NCBI RefSeq assembly: GCF_002571385.2
Contig: NW_019217832.1
Coordinates: forward strand, 844,122 to 908,121
Direction of reading: 5' to 3'
Length of the DNA: 64,000 nt
DNA from: Stylophora pistillata
Lineage: Eukaryota
Shown: piece by piece, positions 26,801-38,527 of the stretch
Numbering within the stretch: the first letter of the stretch is position 1
Layout: every line of letters starts with the position of its first letter
Position numbers and translations under genes: made by a program
The notes under the pieces: generated by a model
What the model was told of the DNA's origin: nothing
The model's input: only the letters and a program-made list of their open reading frames with translations
Databases searched by the model: none

Positions 26801-29800
26801 TAACTCAGTTGACAAAACCAAACTACCTTGTTACTCCCAATGACGCAGCACTACAGTTTCTTGAGAAACTCACCCCCCTTTATTACAGTTTGTAAGGCTT
26901 CAGTCCTGATATGATGGTTGCGATCTGATGTAAATTGCTTTACAGCAACAAATCCTTACTGCCTACCTTTGCAACCCGAACTCGCCTCGAACACTTCTCT
27001 AACAAGAACATACTGACAGGTCTTCATCACTCTGACGTCACGAGCCCCGCTGCCTTTTAACTTGCTTTGTCTAACTAAACATGGCGCCCAGCCAAGTTCC
27101 CACGTTTCTATGGTAACAGGTCTTCCCAAATCCTGCTTTCTTAAGTCAGCAAGATAGGTAATTATCGCAGAATCGGTTGCAAATGAAAGAAGTTGGAGAA
27201 CTGGATATGAAACGTTTTGAAGCACTGTTATGTTGTGCGATGAACAATAATCCAGCATTGAATCATGAATGATTCCTTTGACGACAAGAATACCAATTTT
27301 GTGTTTACTGAGGGAGGCTATACCTCCTTGGTACCATTCTTTTTCCTGACTGAAATCGGAAGATTTTGAATATTCATTCCTGACAATTCTGTGAATCTGC
27401 AATTCGTTGTTCAACCCCACATGGCGAAATTCCGGCGTAACATCTCCATCAATCAGAGCAAGGAGAAGTTTGCAGGTAGGAAGATTCTGATTGGAAGACG
27501 AAAACTGAAAAGTTGAAGTGTTTTCCAATAAAAGACCATCAATTCTACAAGAAAAAGAACTCGACGGACCAAGAACTAACTCCGTATGAATCATTCTGAG
27601 AGGGATTTCAAAATCTTTTAGTGACGTTTTTATCGAAGAGAAGAACAAGGAATTTGTTACTTCAACTGCAAGTTTCATTTCGAGATCTTTACCATGAGAA
27701 AGGTGACTTCCAAGCTCAAACAACGACCTCTTATTTCTTTCAGTTGAATTGACTTGAGCTGAAAAAGAACTAACCTTGTCTTGAACTGATAAAGTTTGCC
27801 TATTATGTGACGTTGAATCGACCGAACTGGTTTTTCCTGCTTGACCAGTTTTTGGTATCGACCTGCTAAGAGTAACGTCAGTAGACAATTTTTTAAGCTG
27901 TCTGTTAGGTCTATCCGCGACATCTGCTAAATGTGGTGAGGCTCCGTTACTGGAACTGTTCACAAAATGTCTGCTACCCTTGAAAATTTCTGACAGTTTC
28001 ACCCGTCTTTGTACACCTGCTTTCTTACTTTCCAGTTTCTCCGAGAGGGAACGCAAGAAATTGTCGTCTACTTTCTTGTCTTTACCATCCGACGAAATAA
28101 GAGGGAGTGAACTTAAATTAATTTTGTTCAAAGTTTCAAAAGATTTCGCTCCAGCATTTTGAAACTTTGTATAATTCGTGTCTGTGTAGGCGTTGGTGAA
28201 GTTTTCGCCAAAAAATCTGGGGGATCTTAAATCTTCATTATGTTCGTTTAACACTGGTGGTTTAGTAGCGATATTTCCATTCGCTGTGTTTGAAACAGCT
28301 TCCGGAAGACATGTTTCGAATTCATCTTCATCTACACATCGGTCTTCCATTCGCGAGGAAAGGCTTTCATCCCAAGATTCGATTGATTCTAGAGGTGTTC
28401 TTAAAGTTTTTTTTCCACAACTGATTTCTCCTTCAATCTTAGGATAAAACTGAGAATCTCCACTTTCCTCCGGCTTCCCCATGTTTACCCTGGGAGGTGA
28501 CATATTTCTGACATTCGCTTTTGCACCTAAAATTCCCCCTTGTGACTTGCAAGTTTCTGGATGTAACGAAATTTTGTCTAAGTTTTCATTGCCAGTTGTT
28601 ACATCTCCATTTCGACTGATTTTTAGATCAAGGTAGTTTATATTTCTGGAAGTATTTACCTCTGGCAGTTTGGTGGTTGGGGTTTTCATCTTATCTGTCC
28701 CTGGGATATGTCCCTCAGTTGCAGCGATATACTCTGGTACCCCTGGGATATCACCATGCGCCCCAGGGATATCAAAACCGCCCCAAGGTGTAGAATCATC
28801 AACTTCCTGGTTTTGTCCATCAAAATACCATGATATGTCATCAGCAACAACAGCGTCAACAAGATCAGTCTTCTTCAAGATGTCCAATTCAGCATCTGGA
28901 TGACAAGAAATCCCTTTGGAGATGCTTTTGCTGTTCTCTTTGACGCCGTTAGAATCTTTAGCTGGAGGGCTCGAGTCTTGATGACTTTGCAAAGCTTCAG
29001 TTATATCAAAAGATGTCTGTTGACAAACCTCTTCACAGACTTGAAGTGCATCATCAAAAAGACGCACAATAATTGGGATGGGAACACCCTGAAAATTGTC
29101 ATGTACAATCAAATTAAATAACTGGGACAGTAAATTCCTGATTAAGAGCTGAAAAGTGTTAGGTCCTTTTCAGAGAAAAAGAGGCTTACAGGAAACCTCA
29201 ACTCTTTCAACAAATAGCATTCAAAATGTTCCAAATATACTACTCAATAGATCTGGCATAAAAAAATTGTCCTACCAAGGGATTTTTTTCATCAAAAAGA
29301 GTGAAAAACTACACTGCCAGTGTACTGAGCAACCATTACATGTCACCAGCCCAGAGTGCACTGTGCATTATTCAAGATGGCGGGCGCGGGAAATCCAAAG
29401 TGGCTGCTATAACCCTCTTTGGAAAAAGATAAAAAAAAAAAGAATAAGTTGCTTGGTAAGGCAATATTTTTTAATGCCAGATCTATCAGGAAGCGCAATA
29501 AGAACATTTTGAGTGCTATTTGTGAAAAGAGTGGACTTTCCCTTTAACTCTTCACATTATGACTTTTACATTATTGGCAGTAATAAGGTAACCCGATACA
29601 ACATTATGTTGAACTATGTTCTGAATGACCCACGATGTTCAGGTCTGGTGTGCATGCTTTCAACTTACCGTATTTTCTCGGTTATAAGGCGCACTCGTTT
29701 ATAAGACGCACCCTGAATTTTTGAACTCGTTTCTTTCAAGTTGTTAAGCCGAAAATTTCGCCTTAATACCCATTAGACTACAATGTCAATATCACTCATT

Positions 29801-32800
29801 GCCTTTCCTTCATTTGGTCGGATTTTGTTGTGGGGATTTTTTCGGCCCGATCCATCAATGATTTAACCACAGCTCGCTTATGCATACTAGGATGGTGCGA
29901 CGAAAAAGACAGATAGCGATCAGTGTGGGTACGTTTCCGGTAGACGGTGGTGGTTAATCTTCCGTCTTCCTGGTGGTGAACCCTGGAGTCAAGGAAGGAA
30001 AACAACGAGTGATATCGACATTGCAGTCCAATGGATACCCCAAGCGTTTCATCTTGGGTGCCAGCAAGCCTAAACCACCCTTGAAAGACATAACCACCGT
30101 TGCAGAATCTGCACGGGGGCACTGTACAATTCCATACGTTAGCGGGACCTCTGAGCCAATAAAGAGAGTTCTAAAAAACCACGGCATTAAAGTGACATTT
30201 AAACACTATCAGACAATAAGCCAGATGTTTCCAAAACCGAAAGACCAAATTGACAAAGAAGAAACTCGTGACCCCGTTTACGACATTCCTTGCGCTGATT
30301 GCAGCAAGTTTTACGCTGGCGAAACGCAGAGAAAATTCATAACAACAAAAAGCGAGCACAAAATACTGTCGCGCGGCGACAAGGCGAAAGATCTGCACTT
30401 GCTGACCACCTGATAAAAACAAATCACGATATCGCAAGGGATTAGGCCACAATTCTCAGGAATAACAATAACTGGCACCAAAGAAAGATTCTCGAGGCCT
30501 GGAAGATTAACTGCGCCAAAGCCGGACCCACTCAACCGAGACGACGGGGCGTTACTCCCCAAGGAGTATTTACACTTGACTCTCGCTAACAAGAAAAAGT
30601 GACACGTATCTTGAATTTTAATCAGCGTCTTGTTTATATCTGCGCTTTTGCATAGAAATTTTTTCTTTCACTTCCCCTGAAGAAGGTCCGTTATTGCGAC
30701 CGAAACGTCGGGAACATTTTTATTGTTTGTAATTTCAGAAACGCTTTTAACCACCAGTGAAACTTAGTTTGAATTCAAATATTGGAGCAACTTTAGAATA
30801 CCCGTCCACATCATTTACGTGTGTCGGGAGGCTTTGAAGAATGAGGCATAACACAATAGACGCTATTCTTATTTAATAATATGTATCAAATATTTTTAAA
30901 TTTCCCGATTGTTTTTCACTACCTCTGCTTCCGCTACTATTTTCAATTTAAAGTTCAGATCGTAAGTATGACGTAGCGTACCAGGCATGAGTTTTGTTTT
31001 GAACTTAGCAATGCTTACTGAATCGCCGTGAATGAAGCTTTACAACTAGGAGTTCGACCAGCTGAGACATGCTTATAAAGCTTAAACTGGATCAGTATAT
31101 CCTTTATACAAGGCTAAAAGATTAGGAAAAAATTAAAAAGTTTGAACCAAACGTTTACGGCTGTGTCATTATCAGGGTTGAAAATAATGACCGTCTGCAC
31201 ATACATATATATCTTATGTAATTCCCGATGGGAAAGTTTGGAGACTAAGAATCTTATGTAATTCCTGATGGGAAAAGTTTGGAAGACATAAGAATGGTCA
31301 ATTAGTATTCATAGCTTTAGAAGGTAACACTGTTTCCCAAGAAGGCAGACTGTATTCACGGTGTCCACATCTCTTTTATAGGTGTGATTTTTTTTTCACT
31401 TTGTTCGTGCAAATGTGTGACATTTTTTGCCCTTTGTTAAAAAAAGGCGACATGACTGTAATTAATAGGAACTTTGAAAACGCTATTGTTTTGAAAGTGA
31501 AGATAGTGAAAAAGCCCAAAGTTGAAGTTGCGTCTTATAACTGAGTATTTAGTTAAAAAATTCAGGGTGCGTCTTTTAACCGAGTGCGTCTAATAACCAA
31601 GAAAATACGGTGATTCAGAATGGTACACTTCACGTACAGGTGAAAAAGCTACGTCACGCACCTGATCTTGCAGATCCTGAACTGCACTGCTCCAGAAACC
31701 TGCCATACATATTAGAGTCTTGCAGCTTGTTCTGTATTTTTTGTACTGGCCTTGGCAAGCATCATTTAGGATAAATCCCGCTGGATGCTATGGTGGGCAT
31801 TGAAAATAATTTTTACTGCTGACAAATATTCTTAAATGTAATAATTAATGTCACTGAGATAGGTATGCATTGAATTGAACAAAATATAGCAAGTGGACAA
31901 AATATGAATAAACAAGGGTGGATTAATAAGAAAAAGAGTTTTAAAAATATTCTAGTTATGGTCTTCACAAGTTTGAGATTCTAGCAAAACTGGATATTAA
32001 TCTGCTTTCCAGTTCACATTAAAAGTATATTCAAAACTGCAGTGAATCGGAGAAAGTGGTTCCAGAAAAAAAACCACACCCACAGCAAGGGGGGTCAGTG
32101 GAAATTATTATGGGTAGAAGGGTATTGAAATTGATTCTTCGTAATCCTTCCACCCCCTGAGAGCGACTGGCATCTATTTTCTTCTTACAATATCACTCCT
32201 AAATCCCACATTAAGGTCATGAGAATTAAGGAAATGATCACCAACTAAAAAAGCTTTTGATTGTTTAACAAATTCTCCTCATCAGCACCTTAGGAAAGAT
32301 ATGGGAAACTGTACCCACTTATCTTAAATATATGCCTTACAGTAATTTCAAAAGAGAGTGGAAACATCAACTTTTACTCAACCAAACCTGATCATTTTAC
32401 TTTGCTGCTGATCTACTCTTAAGGAAAAATGTAAACTTCAAAAAACTTCAANNNNNNNNNNNNNNNNNNNNNNNNNNNNNNNNNNNNNNNNNNNNNNNNN
32501 NNNNNNNNNNNNNNNNNNNNNNNNNNNNNNNNNNNNNNNNNNNNNNNNNNNNNNNNNNNNNNNNNNNNNNNNNNNNNNNNNNNNNNNNNNNNNNNNNNNN
32601 NNNNNNNNNNNNNNNNNNNNNNNNNNNNNNNNNNNNNNNNNNNNNNNNNNNNNNNNNNNNNNNNNNNNNNNNNNNNNNNNNNNNNNNNNNNNNNNNNNNN
32701 NNNNNNNNNNNNNNNNNNNNNNNNNNNNNNNNNNNNNNNNNNNNNNNNNGTTTTGCTGTTGATGCTACATCACACAAGCTCAAACATAAGTTATTATAAC

Positions 32801-33303
32801 ATCTATGGGATTTGCCATCAATGTTTTGGTCTTGTTGGAAATTTTTATTTTGTCTAATTTAGAAATTCTTAAAATTCATTTAATTATTTACTTATTTTTT
32901 TTTTAATTCCAAGAAATCAGCTATTTCACTATAGAAAAGGTTGCAGGTATACTAAAATTATTACTACACGGACAACAATTGTTTATGGAACGATCACTCA
33001 AAGATTAAGAATATAGTATAGCTGTTTTAAATGAAAGAAAGTCATATAGCAAGGAAAATAATCTCCAAACCGTCAAAAAATCCGACACTTACCCGTTGTT
33101 AGGCCCTAACAATGTTTTGACAGAAGAAGCTAGGGGAAAAATAAAATGAGAAATTCACAAAAAAGTCTCTATTTGAAAATAATTTAAGAAAAAAATTTTC
33201 TCTACTTTGAAGATTAGTTGTTGGTTTCCGTACCAAGAGCTCTCGCTACGCTTAGATTGCTGTTATTTCGAGTTACTCCGCCAAACTCATGTCCGTCCGC
33301 CAT
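23233..33303 (-). CDS. BBS12: Bardet-Biedl syndrome 12 chaperonin-like protein, multi-exon (one exon probably in the gap)
   Basis: Exons approx. 33303-33234, 33130-33093 (KTLLGP), 31787-31662 (AGFWSSAV), 29088-26967 (GVPIPIIV, SRHF, LSHGKDLEMKL), 25210-25034 (EERFWNSIYRLKNAL..VLPGAGEIE), 23759-23233 (FRPLVY..AKKEAWRRAVGVVRILLQSD..ETG). The motifs match BBS12 in order. Confidence 0.88.
24599..24829. mobile_element. Harbinger-like MITE
   Basis: Imperfect TIRs GGGGGCCGTTTCTCGAAAGT..GGTAACTTGACGGGCCCG / CGGGCCCGTAAAGTTACC..ACTTTCGTGAAAAGGGCCCC. Confidence 0.7.
25558..26157 (+). mobile_element. Crypton-like (tyrosine recombinase, ZMYM/QRICH1-related) non-autonomous remnant with terminal hairpin
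   Basis: MASRFASLTQREIEKLLEDKDSENTKRSTKVAKELF..ELAQVLKSYHVEARKKNGSY resembles the Crypton N-terminal pattern; ~150-bp hairpin at 26005-26155. Confidence 0.65.
26613..26884 (+). mobile_element. Short hammerhead-bearing PLE-type retroelement with inverted 5' arm
   Basis: ~85-bp inverted arms; CTGAGGAAGGGTTAACGCTCGAAACGTC at ~26736; 13-bp TSD ACAGTTTGTAAGG (26600-26612 / 26885-26897). Confidence 0.8.
29763..30780 (+). mobile_element. Penelope-like element fragment (RT C-terminus + GIY-YIG) with inverted 5' part
   Basis: Plus strand: LQSNGYP..TIPYVSGTSE..VYDIPCADCSKFYAGET..SALADH..ILEAW..LNRDDG. Minus strand 29990-29765: FLD..TTTVYRKRTHTDRYLSFSSHHP..HKRAVVKSL. Stops and frameshifts present; ends approximate. 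Confidence 0.88.
30672..30714 (+). ncRNA. Minimal type I hammerhead ribozyme in the PLE 3' region
   Basis: TTCCC-CTGAAGA-A-GGTC cgttattgc GACC-GAAACGTC-GGGAA: stem I TTCCC/GGGAA, canonical core, stem II GGTC/GACC, palindromic ACGT stem III, GUC cleavage triplet. Confidence 0.85.
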
Positions 33304-33379
33304 GTTTGTTTTGCTAAGCAGCCTGGCCAGATCAAGCAATCAAATCATCATATGACGAAACATTCAACATTTTTGCAAG
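33304..33379. promoter_or_regulatory. Very short bidirectional promoter BBS12/COQ10
   Basis: 76 bp between divergent ATGs. Both ATGs sit in YY1/TISU-like contexts (AAACATGGCGGA, CAAGATGGCAGC); half-CRE TGACG ~33353. Confidence 0.65.
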
Positions 33380-36300
33380 ATGGCAGCGGTGGGGATTCAA
33401 AGGTCCTTACCGCTTTTTCGACGCTATAGAGGTATTTGGCAAGTCAACAGGTAATGAGAAGTATTAAATTGACAGTGTAGGAATTTAATTGGTTTTCCTC
33501 TAGTAAAGTGTACAGATGGTGTTTTTTTTTTTTAATAAATGTAACCTTATCAGCGCTAACTTTTTTATCTTTAGGTCCTTGAGTATGTGTTGTTGCCGGC
33601 TTTCGCCCGGTATTGAAGTGGTTTCGAGGAGGAGGACAAATAGTGATCGAGAAGAGAACAAGCACAATTTAAATGTCATCCCAAGGAGAACGTTGATAGG
33701 ATCTATGATTCCGAATCCCCTCAGTACGTCGCGGAGGAAAAAGTATTCCGAGAGGAGATTGCTTGGGTAAGTTAATTATGGTTCAATACTCTTAGTTTAC
33801 ACTATATTGATGATGATGATGATAGTTTATTAACACTTCTGGCAGTTAAAAAACTGAATAAACAGTGTAATTTTACAAGGATATTAACAAGAATCTTACT
33901 AGCTACCAATTATAAAGTCTATTTACAATGATAAGTCTTAAGAATTAGAATAATTGTAGTAAGTATTACAATAATAGTTAAGTCTACGAATACCTAAAAG
34001 TAAAAAAGGCATTTGCTCCTTTTGTTCTTTTCATTGTTGTTGTGGCTTTGGTATTTCCTGATCTAAACTGATAAGGTATAGAACTTGTCATAGCTTGTGG
34101 AGCTAAGAAAGATATGCGGTGGTCTTCATTCCTCATTTCCGCCATCAACTTTTTACAAACGAGTATCCTACGATCTACTAACAATGACAATTTTGCCCGG
34201 TCTAGGGCTTGTTGATAACTGAAATTTTGGAATATAATTTTAAGGCTCTTTTTTGTATGGATTCAATAGCATCAGAGAGGTATGCGGGAATGTCTTGCCA
34301 CACTTCTGCAGCATACTCTAGGACCGATCTGATAAATGTTACAAGTGTATACCTTAAGCATGTCTTCTGGCATAACTCCTGCGCATTTCAACAACCTTAG
34401 AGCGTATAATTTCTTAGCTGCCTTGGCAGTCACATCTTCAACGTGAGTGTTCCATTTAAGGTCATCTCTAATTATAACTCCTAAAAGCTTATAAGTTCCT
34501 ACCCGCTCCACTTCTTGATTTCCAACAATTATAGGTCGCATTGTAGTAATGGTATTCTTCATGAAATTTACGTACATTTCTTTACATTTTTTGGGGATTT
34601 AATTTCATCCTATGTTCTATGCAATAATCATGGATTTCTCAGAGAACTACATCTAGCATAGAAATATTGTGTATATTTCTCTTTGTTCAATTGAGAGCAA
34701 ATGGAAGAATTCAGTTTTAGTCAACACAACTTGTCTAGACTGTTTGCTCTAATCGCTTCTTTAACTTGTTAAGTACACAGTTGTATCAAGGAAACTAAGT
34801 CTGTAACTTAAACCGTGTACAAATTTTGCTGACGTGCAGGAACAAAGTCCATCACCCGCTCCTTAGAATTCAAAGCAAAGGAAGAAACTAATAAGCATAT
34901 ATGCTTTACTCTACTTACTCTGAATCCATATTTTGGAAGTGTTATCATAAGTCTTCAAGATTTCTTTCCATAATTCACAGAGGATTCTTACTGAGACAGA
35001 ACCTTAGAAGGTTATAGAAGCCTTGTGAAGGATATTTTAGTCCCTCATTTGAAATGACCCACTACATCTCAATTTGTGATTTCATTTTTGTACTGATATT
35101 TGTTGAAAATTTCTGAATGCAGTTACTCAATGGAAGATATGTATGCAGTGGTATCAGATGTAGAGGATTATAAACACTTTGTCCCATGGTGTAGGGACTC
35201 AGCAATTGTGGCCAGAAAACCAGGCTTCCTTAAAGCCAAACTAGCTGTTGGTTTCCCACCTGTAATTGAGAAGTACACATCTGTTGTATCTTTGGTCCCA
35301 CCAAACCTAGTGAAGGTACTGAATCTCTTTTTAATTCATTTTATCATATAATTACATATTCAGGGTTGTAGCTAAGTAATTACGCTACCAGCTGAAATTT
35401 CAACTAAGGTGGTTTGAGGCTGGTGAATGATTGTATGTGTGTAACCTCAGAGTGCCCATTCTGCTTTACCAAGTGATTGCTGACCAAAGATCCAGCTGGT
35501 GATGGCTGCTTGTCCATCTGGCAAATTCTGCCTGCAGCAAATGCTTNAATTACAATGGCTGATACAGCTGTTCCAAAAATAGCAAAAACAATAATCGAGC
35601 CTATGTTGGCAAAAAAATTACCCTGAAAAAGAAAAGGAAATGCTGAATTAGAATGTACTCCTGAAAAAAAATCAAGAGAAGTGCTGAAATCATCCAAAAC
35701 TTATTTATATTGTAAAGTTCTCTTTACATGTGAAATGGAGCATTCAAGACAATGACACTGAAAAAAAATGTCTGAAGTTTATACAACATATCTCCCAAAT
35801 TCTTATAGTATATATATATATATCTTATTAACCAAGCGCGAGGGCCGTACTGGGAGAATATCGGCCCGAGGTCTTGACAGTACGGACCGAGCGCAGCGAG
35901 GTCCGTACAAAAAAGACCGAGGGCCGATATTCTTCCAGTACGGTCCCGAGCAAGCTTGGTTAATAAGAGATTTATTATACGACTGAAGTTCAAAGGGACA
36001 CAAGTGCGGTATCATTCGGGACCATTCGGGACAGTGCCCGGTCCAATACTGAGAGAATATTGACCGGCAATAGAGCATTTTGATTGGTTGATTTTAGTTA
36101 TTGGCCCTCTGACTGCCCGAGTCGTGTAATAATATACATGTATTGGCTGACTGGTTGACACATGTCCACTGGATAGAATTAGGTCCCTAGAATAAGCCAT
36201 CAGATGTGAGAGCAGAGATTACTTTAAATATGACAAGTTAAGCCTAATTTATTTGGGTCTGTGATTAACATTGGTTAGATGTGCTTTCCATTAAAGCTTT

Positions 36301-38527
36301 GTCATGAAATTGCTTCTGACTCACAGGCAGAGTGTACAGATGGTGAGATGTTCAATTATATGAAGACTGTTTGGAAATTTAGCCAAGGTTTACCTGGAAA
36401 TCCTAATACTTGTACACTGGACTTTTATGTAAGTCATTATTACATTGATTTTAAAGTTCTATCATAATTTTTGACATGGGAAACATGTTGGCCAAACATT
36501 GATTTTTTAATGTTCTATTGTAATTTTTGACATCATTGGGTAATGTGTTGGCCAAACAGTTAGCTCACTGGACTCTAGGTCAAGGGGTCTGGGTAGGAGA
36601 CCTGGTCCAATCATTTTGCTCCATTCCTGAATGCTTTCCTCTCACAGTGCCCCTGCTCACCCTGGAGAGTAAAGGGCTGCTGACAAATGGTCAAGAAGTC
36701 TGACATAATGTTGGTGGGTAACCTGCGATAAACATCCAGGGGGGAGGGGGGATAGGGATACTCCAAGTCACTTTATGCTATCAAAATTGGAATAAGCTTC
36801 AGCTGGATGGGCCACTTCCCCCTTCCCTCCCTGTCCCCGGTCCTATGGAGACCTACCAGTCACAAGAGCCCCTTAAATGTTGGACTACCGCCTCCCGGTT
36901 AGCTCAATGGATAGAGCTCTGGACTGATGTGCGGGAGGTCAAGGGTTCGAGCCCTGGCCGGACCAACACTCAAGGTCTTAAAATAATTGAGAAGAATATG
37001 CTACCTTTCTATAACATCAAGAAATGGTTAGATATTCTAGTCTTCTCGGATAGGGGCGGTTAAATGGAGGTCCCGTCTCCTGCATGGTTGGGGTAGGAGA
37101 CGTTAATTTCCCACACACGAGATTACTGTGTGATGGATGTCCTCCCCGGGGATGGGATTGGTGGGTTTGTTGGAGCTTAAACCTCATAGGGGACCCATGT
37201 CCTATTGTTTCTGCTCCAGTACTTGGTACAAATCATTAAATAAATTAAATAAATAAATGTTATATACACTTGAGGCTCAGTGAAAAGAATCTTTCAGTGT
37301 TGTTATAATTGTAGTAATATGTTGATTTGTGTGGCAGTTTTTTTTTTTTGTTAACACTTAAATTTTTTGTCGTTGCAGGTTGAGTTTGAGTTTCGTTCAA
37401 TTCTCCATTCTCAGCTTTCAACCATGTTTTTTGATGAAGTAGTGAAGAAAATGGTGAAGGCATTTGAAAAGCGGTGTTACTATCTGTATGGCCCTGGCCA
37501 CCTGCATAATAACAAATCTAGACCAGTACCAGCAGGTATGAATAACACCTTAATTTACTTTTAAGGAGACTATGATCGTGTTAAAATGGTAATATGAACA
37601 ATGCAATTTTGCAGTTGGCCATTTCCCTAGTCCAAAAATTTGGACTAGGGAGTTTTTGAAATTTCTACTGGGCCTAATATTTACGACTTTTTGATCAAGC
37701 AGAAGGATGTTGTCCCATACTAATCCTTAGAAAACTTTTCTAAGGCTTTGTATGGGACAACTGGAGGTGCTTACAGCGCACGCATTTTCCGTCCTGTCAT
37801 GTGGTTATAGAAACCCATATTATAGAGATTAATATGTTGTGTTAGTTGGAGTGCAAAGAACACCAATTGGTTCTTAATTCATATGCAGAGTTTTTCATTT
37901 TGGGTGAATGTAGTGCATTTTTGAGAAGTTTTAGTTTGTGCAAATTTAACTTCAGTGGAGTCTTGGTTACAGATCTAGGAGAATCTGCAAAATTCACAAC
38001 ATTTAAAACCTGCAAACATTTTTTGCTTTGGTTAAGTGGTATTCCATGCAGGATCATGCATGGTTGATGCCACTCTGTCCTTACCCCTTTGCTGGTTTAG
38101 TCCAAGGTGGTGGGTCTATGCCTTACAGAAAATCACAGCTGTGCTATCTAAGTGAGCTTAATCAGTTATTCCCTGTCTAGCCCCAAAGTGTTACAAGTCA
38201 TTGTTAACACAAAAGAGAAAGTACATTGATCACCATTGTTGTTGTTTTTTTCTCAGATCAACCAGCGTATATTAGTGTGTAACTCTGCAGGCTAGTCCTT
38301 GCCCAGAGTTTAACCTTGCCTAAATTAGAATTGTAACCGCATATTGTTCTCTTGTTAGTTAGTCAGTTAGTTATCTAGTTAGTTAATTAGTTTTATATTT
38401 GCTTAAGTTCATATCATTGTAACTAAACATGTTTGTTGTTTAGAGTGCTTAATAAAGACTTTTTATTTATTTATTTATATTACAATCTCTTATTAATTTA
38501 ACTGTTTTGCTTTCAGGAGCAAGATAA
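33380..38527 (+). CDS. COQ10: Coenzyme Q-binding protein COQ10 homolog (mitochondrial START domain)
   Basis: Exons 33380-33450, 33575-33766, 35123-35315, 36327-36428, 37379-37535; last exon uncertain (38517-38527 or 38257-38282). Motifs [68 protein letters not shown]; Arg-rich targeting peptide. Confidence 0.92.
33809..34660 (-). mobile_element. LINE (L2/CR1 group) RT C-terminal fragment in COQ10 intron 2
   Basis: [37 protein letters not shown]; [12 protein letters not shown]-type segment frameshifted; AATAAA + (CAT)n tail. Confidence 0.85.
35548..35622 (-). other. Orphan SLC9A8/NHE8-like exon fragment inside COQ10 intron 3
   Basis: Pyrimidine tract + CAG, then [25 protein letters not shown], closely resembling NHE8 GNFFQNIGSITLFAVFGTAISA; truncated at the N at 35547. 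Confidence 0.75.
35823..36133. repeat. Hairpin-type dispersed element
   Basis: TCTTATTAACCAAGC..GTACTGGGAGAATATCGGCCC / GGGCCGATATTCTTCCAGTAC..GCTTGGTTAATAAGA; second IR TTATTATACGACT / AGTCGTGTAATAA. Confidence 0.7.
36882..37253 (+). mobile_element. tRNA-derived SINE, family A, copy 2
   Basis: Same head and body; probable TSD TAAATGTT; (TAAA)n tail. Confidence 0.85.

Larger units (their letters stand above)
29668..31610. mobile_element. Non-autonomous Tc2/pogo-type DNA transposon hosting a Penelope-like insertion
   Basis: Imperfect ~55-bp TIRs CCGTATTTTCTCGGTTATAAGGCGCAC...CACCCTGAATTTTT / AAAAATTCAGGGTGCGTC...GAAAATACGG; TA at the left flank, TG at the right. Confidence 0.75.

Noticed and set aside
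31690-31720. Apparent frameshift in a BBS12 exon
   Set aside because: The sequence reads CTA ATA TGT ATG GCA in frame; there is no lesion.
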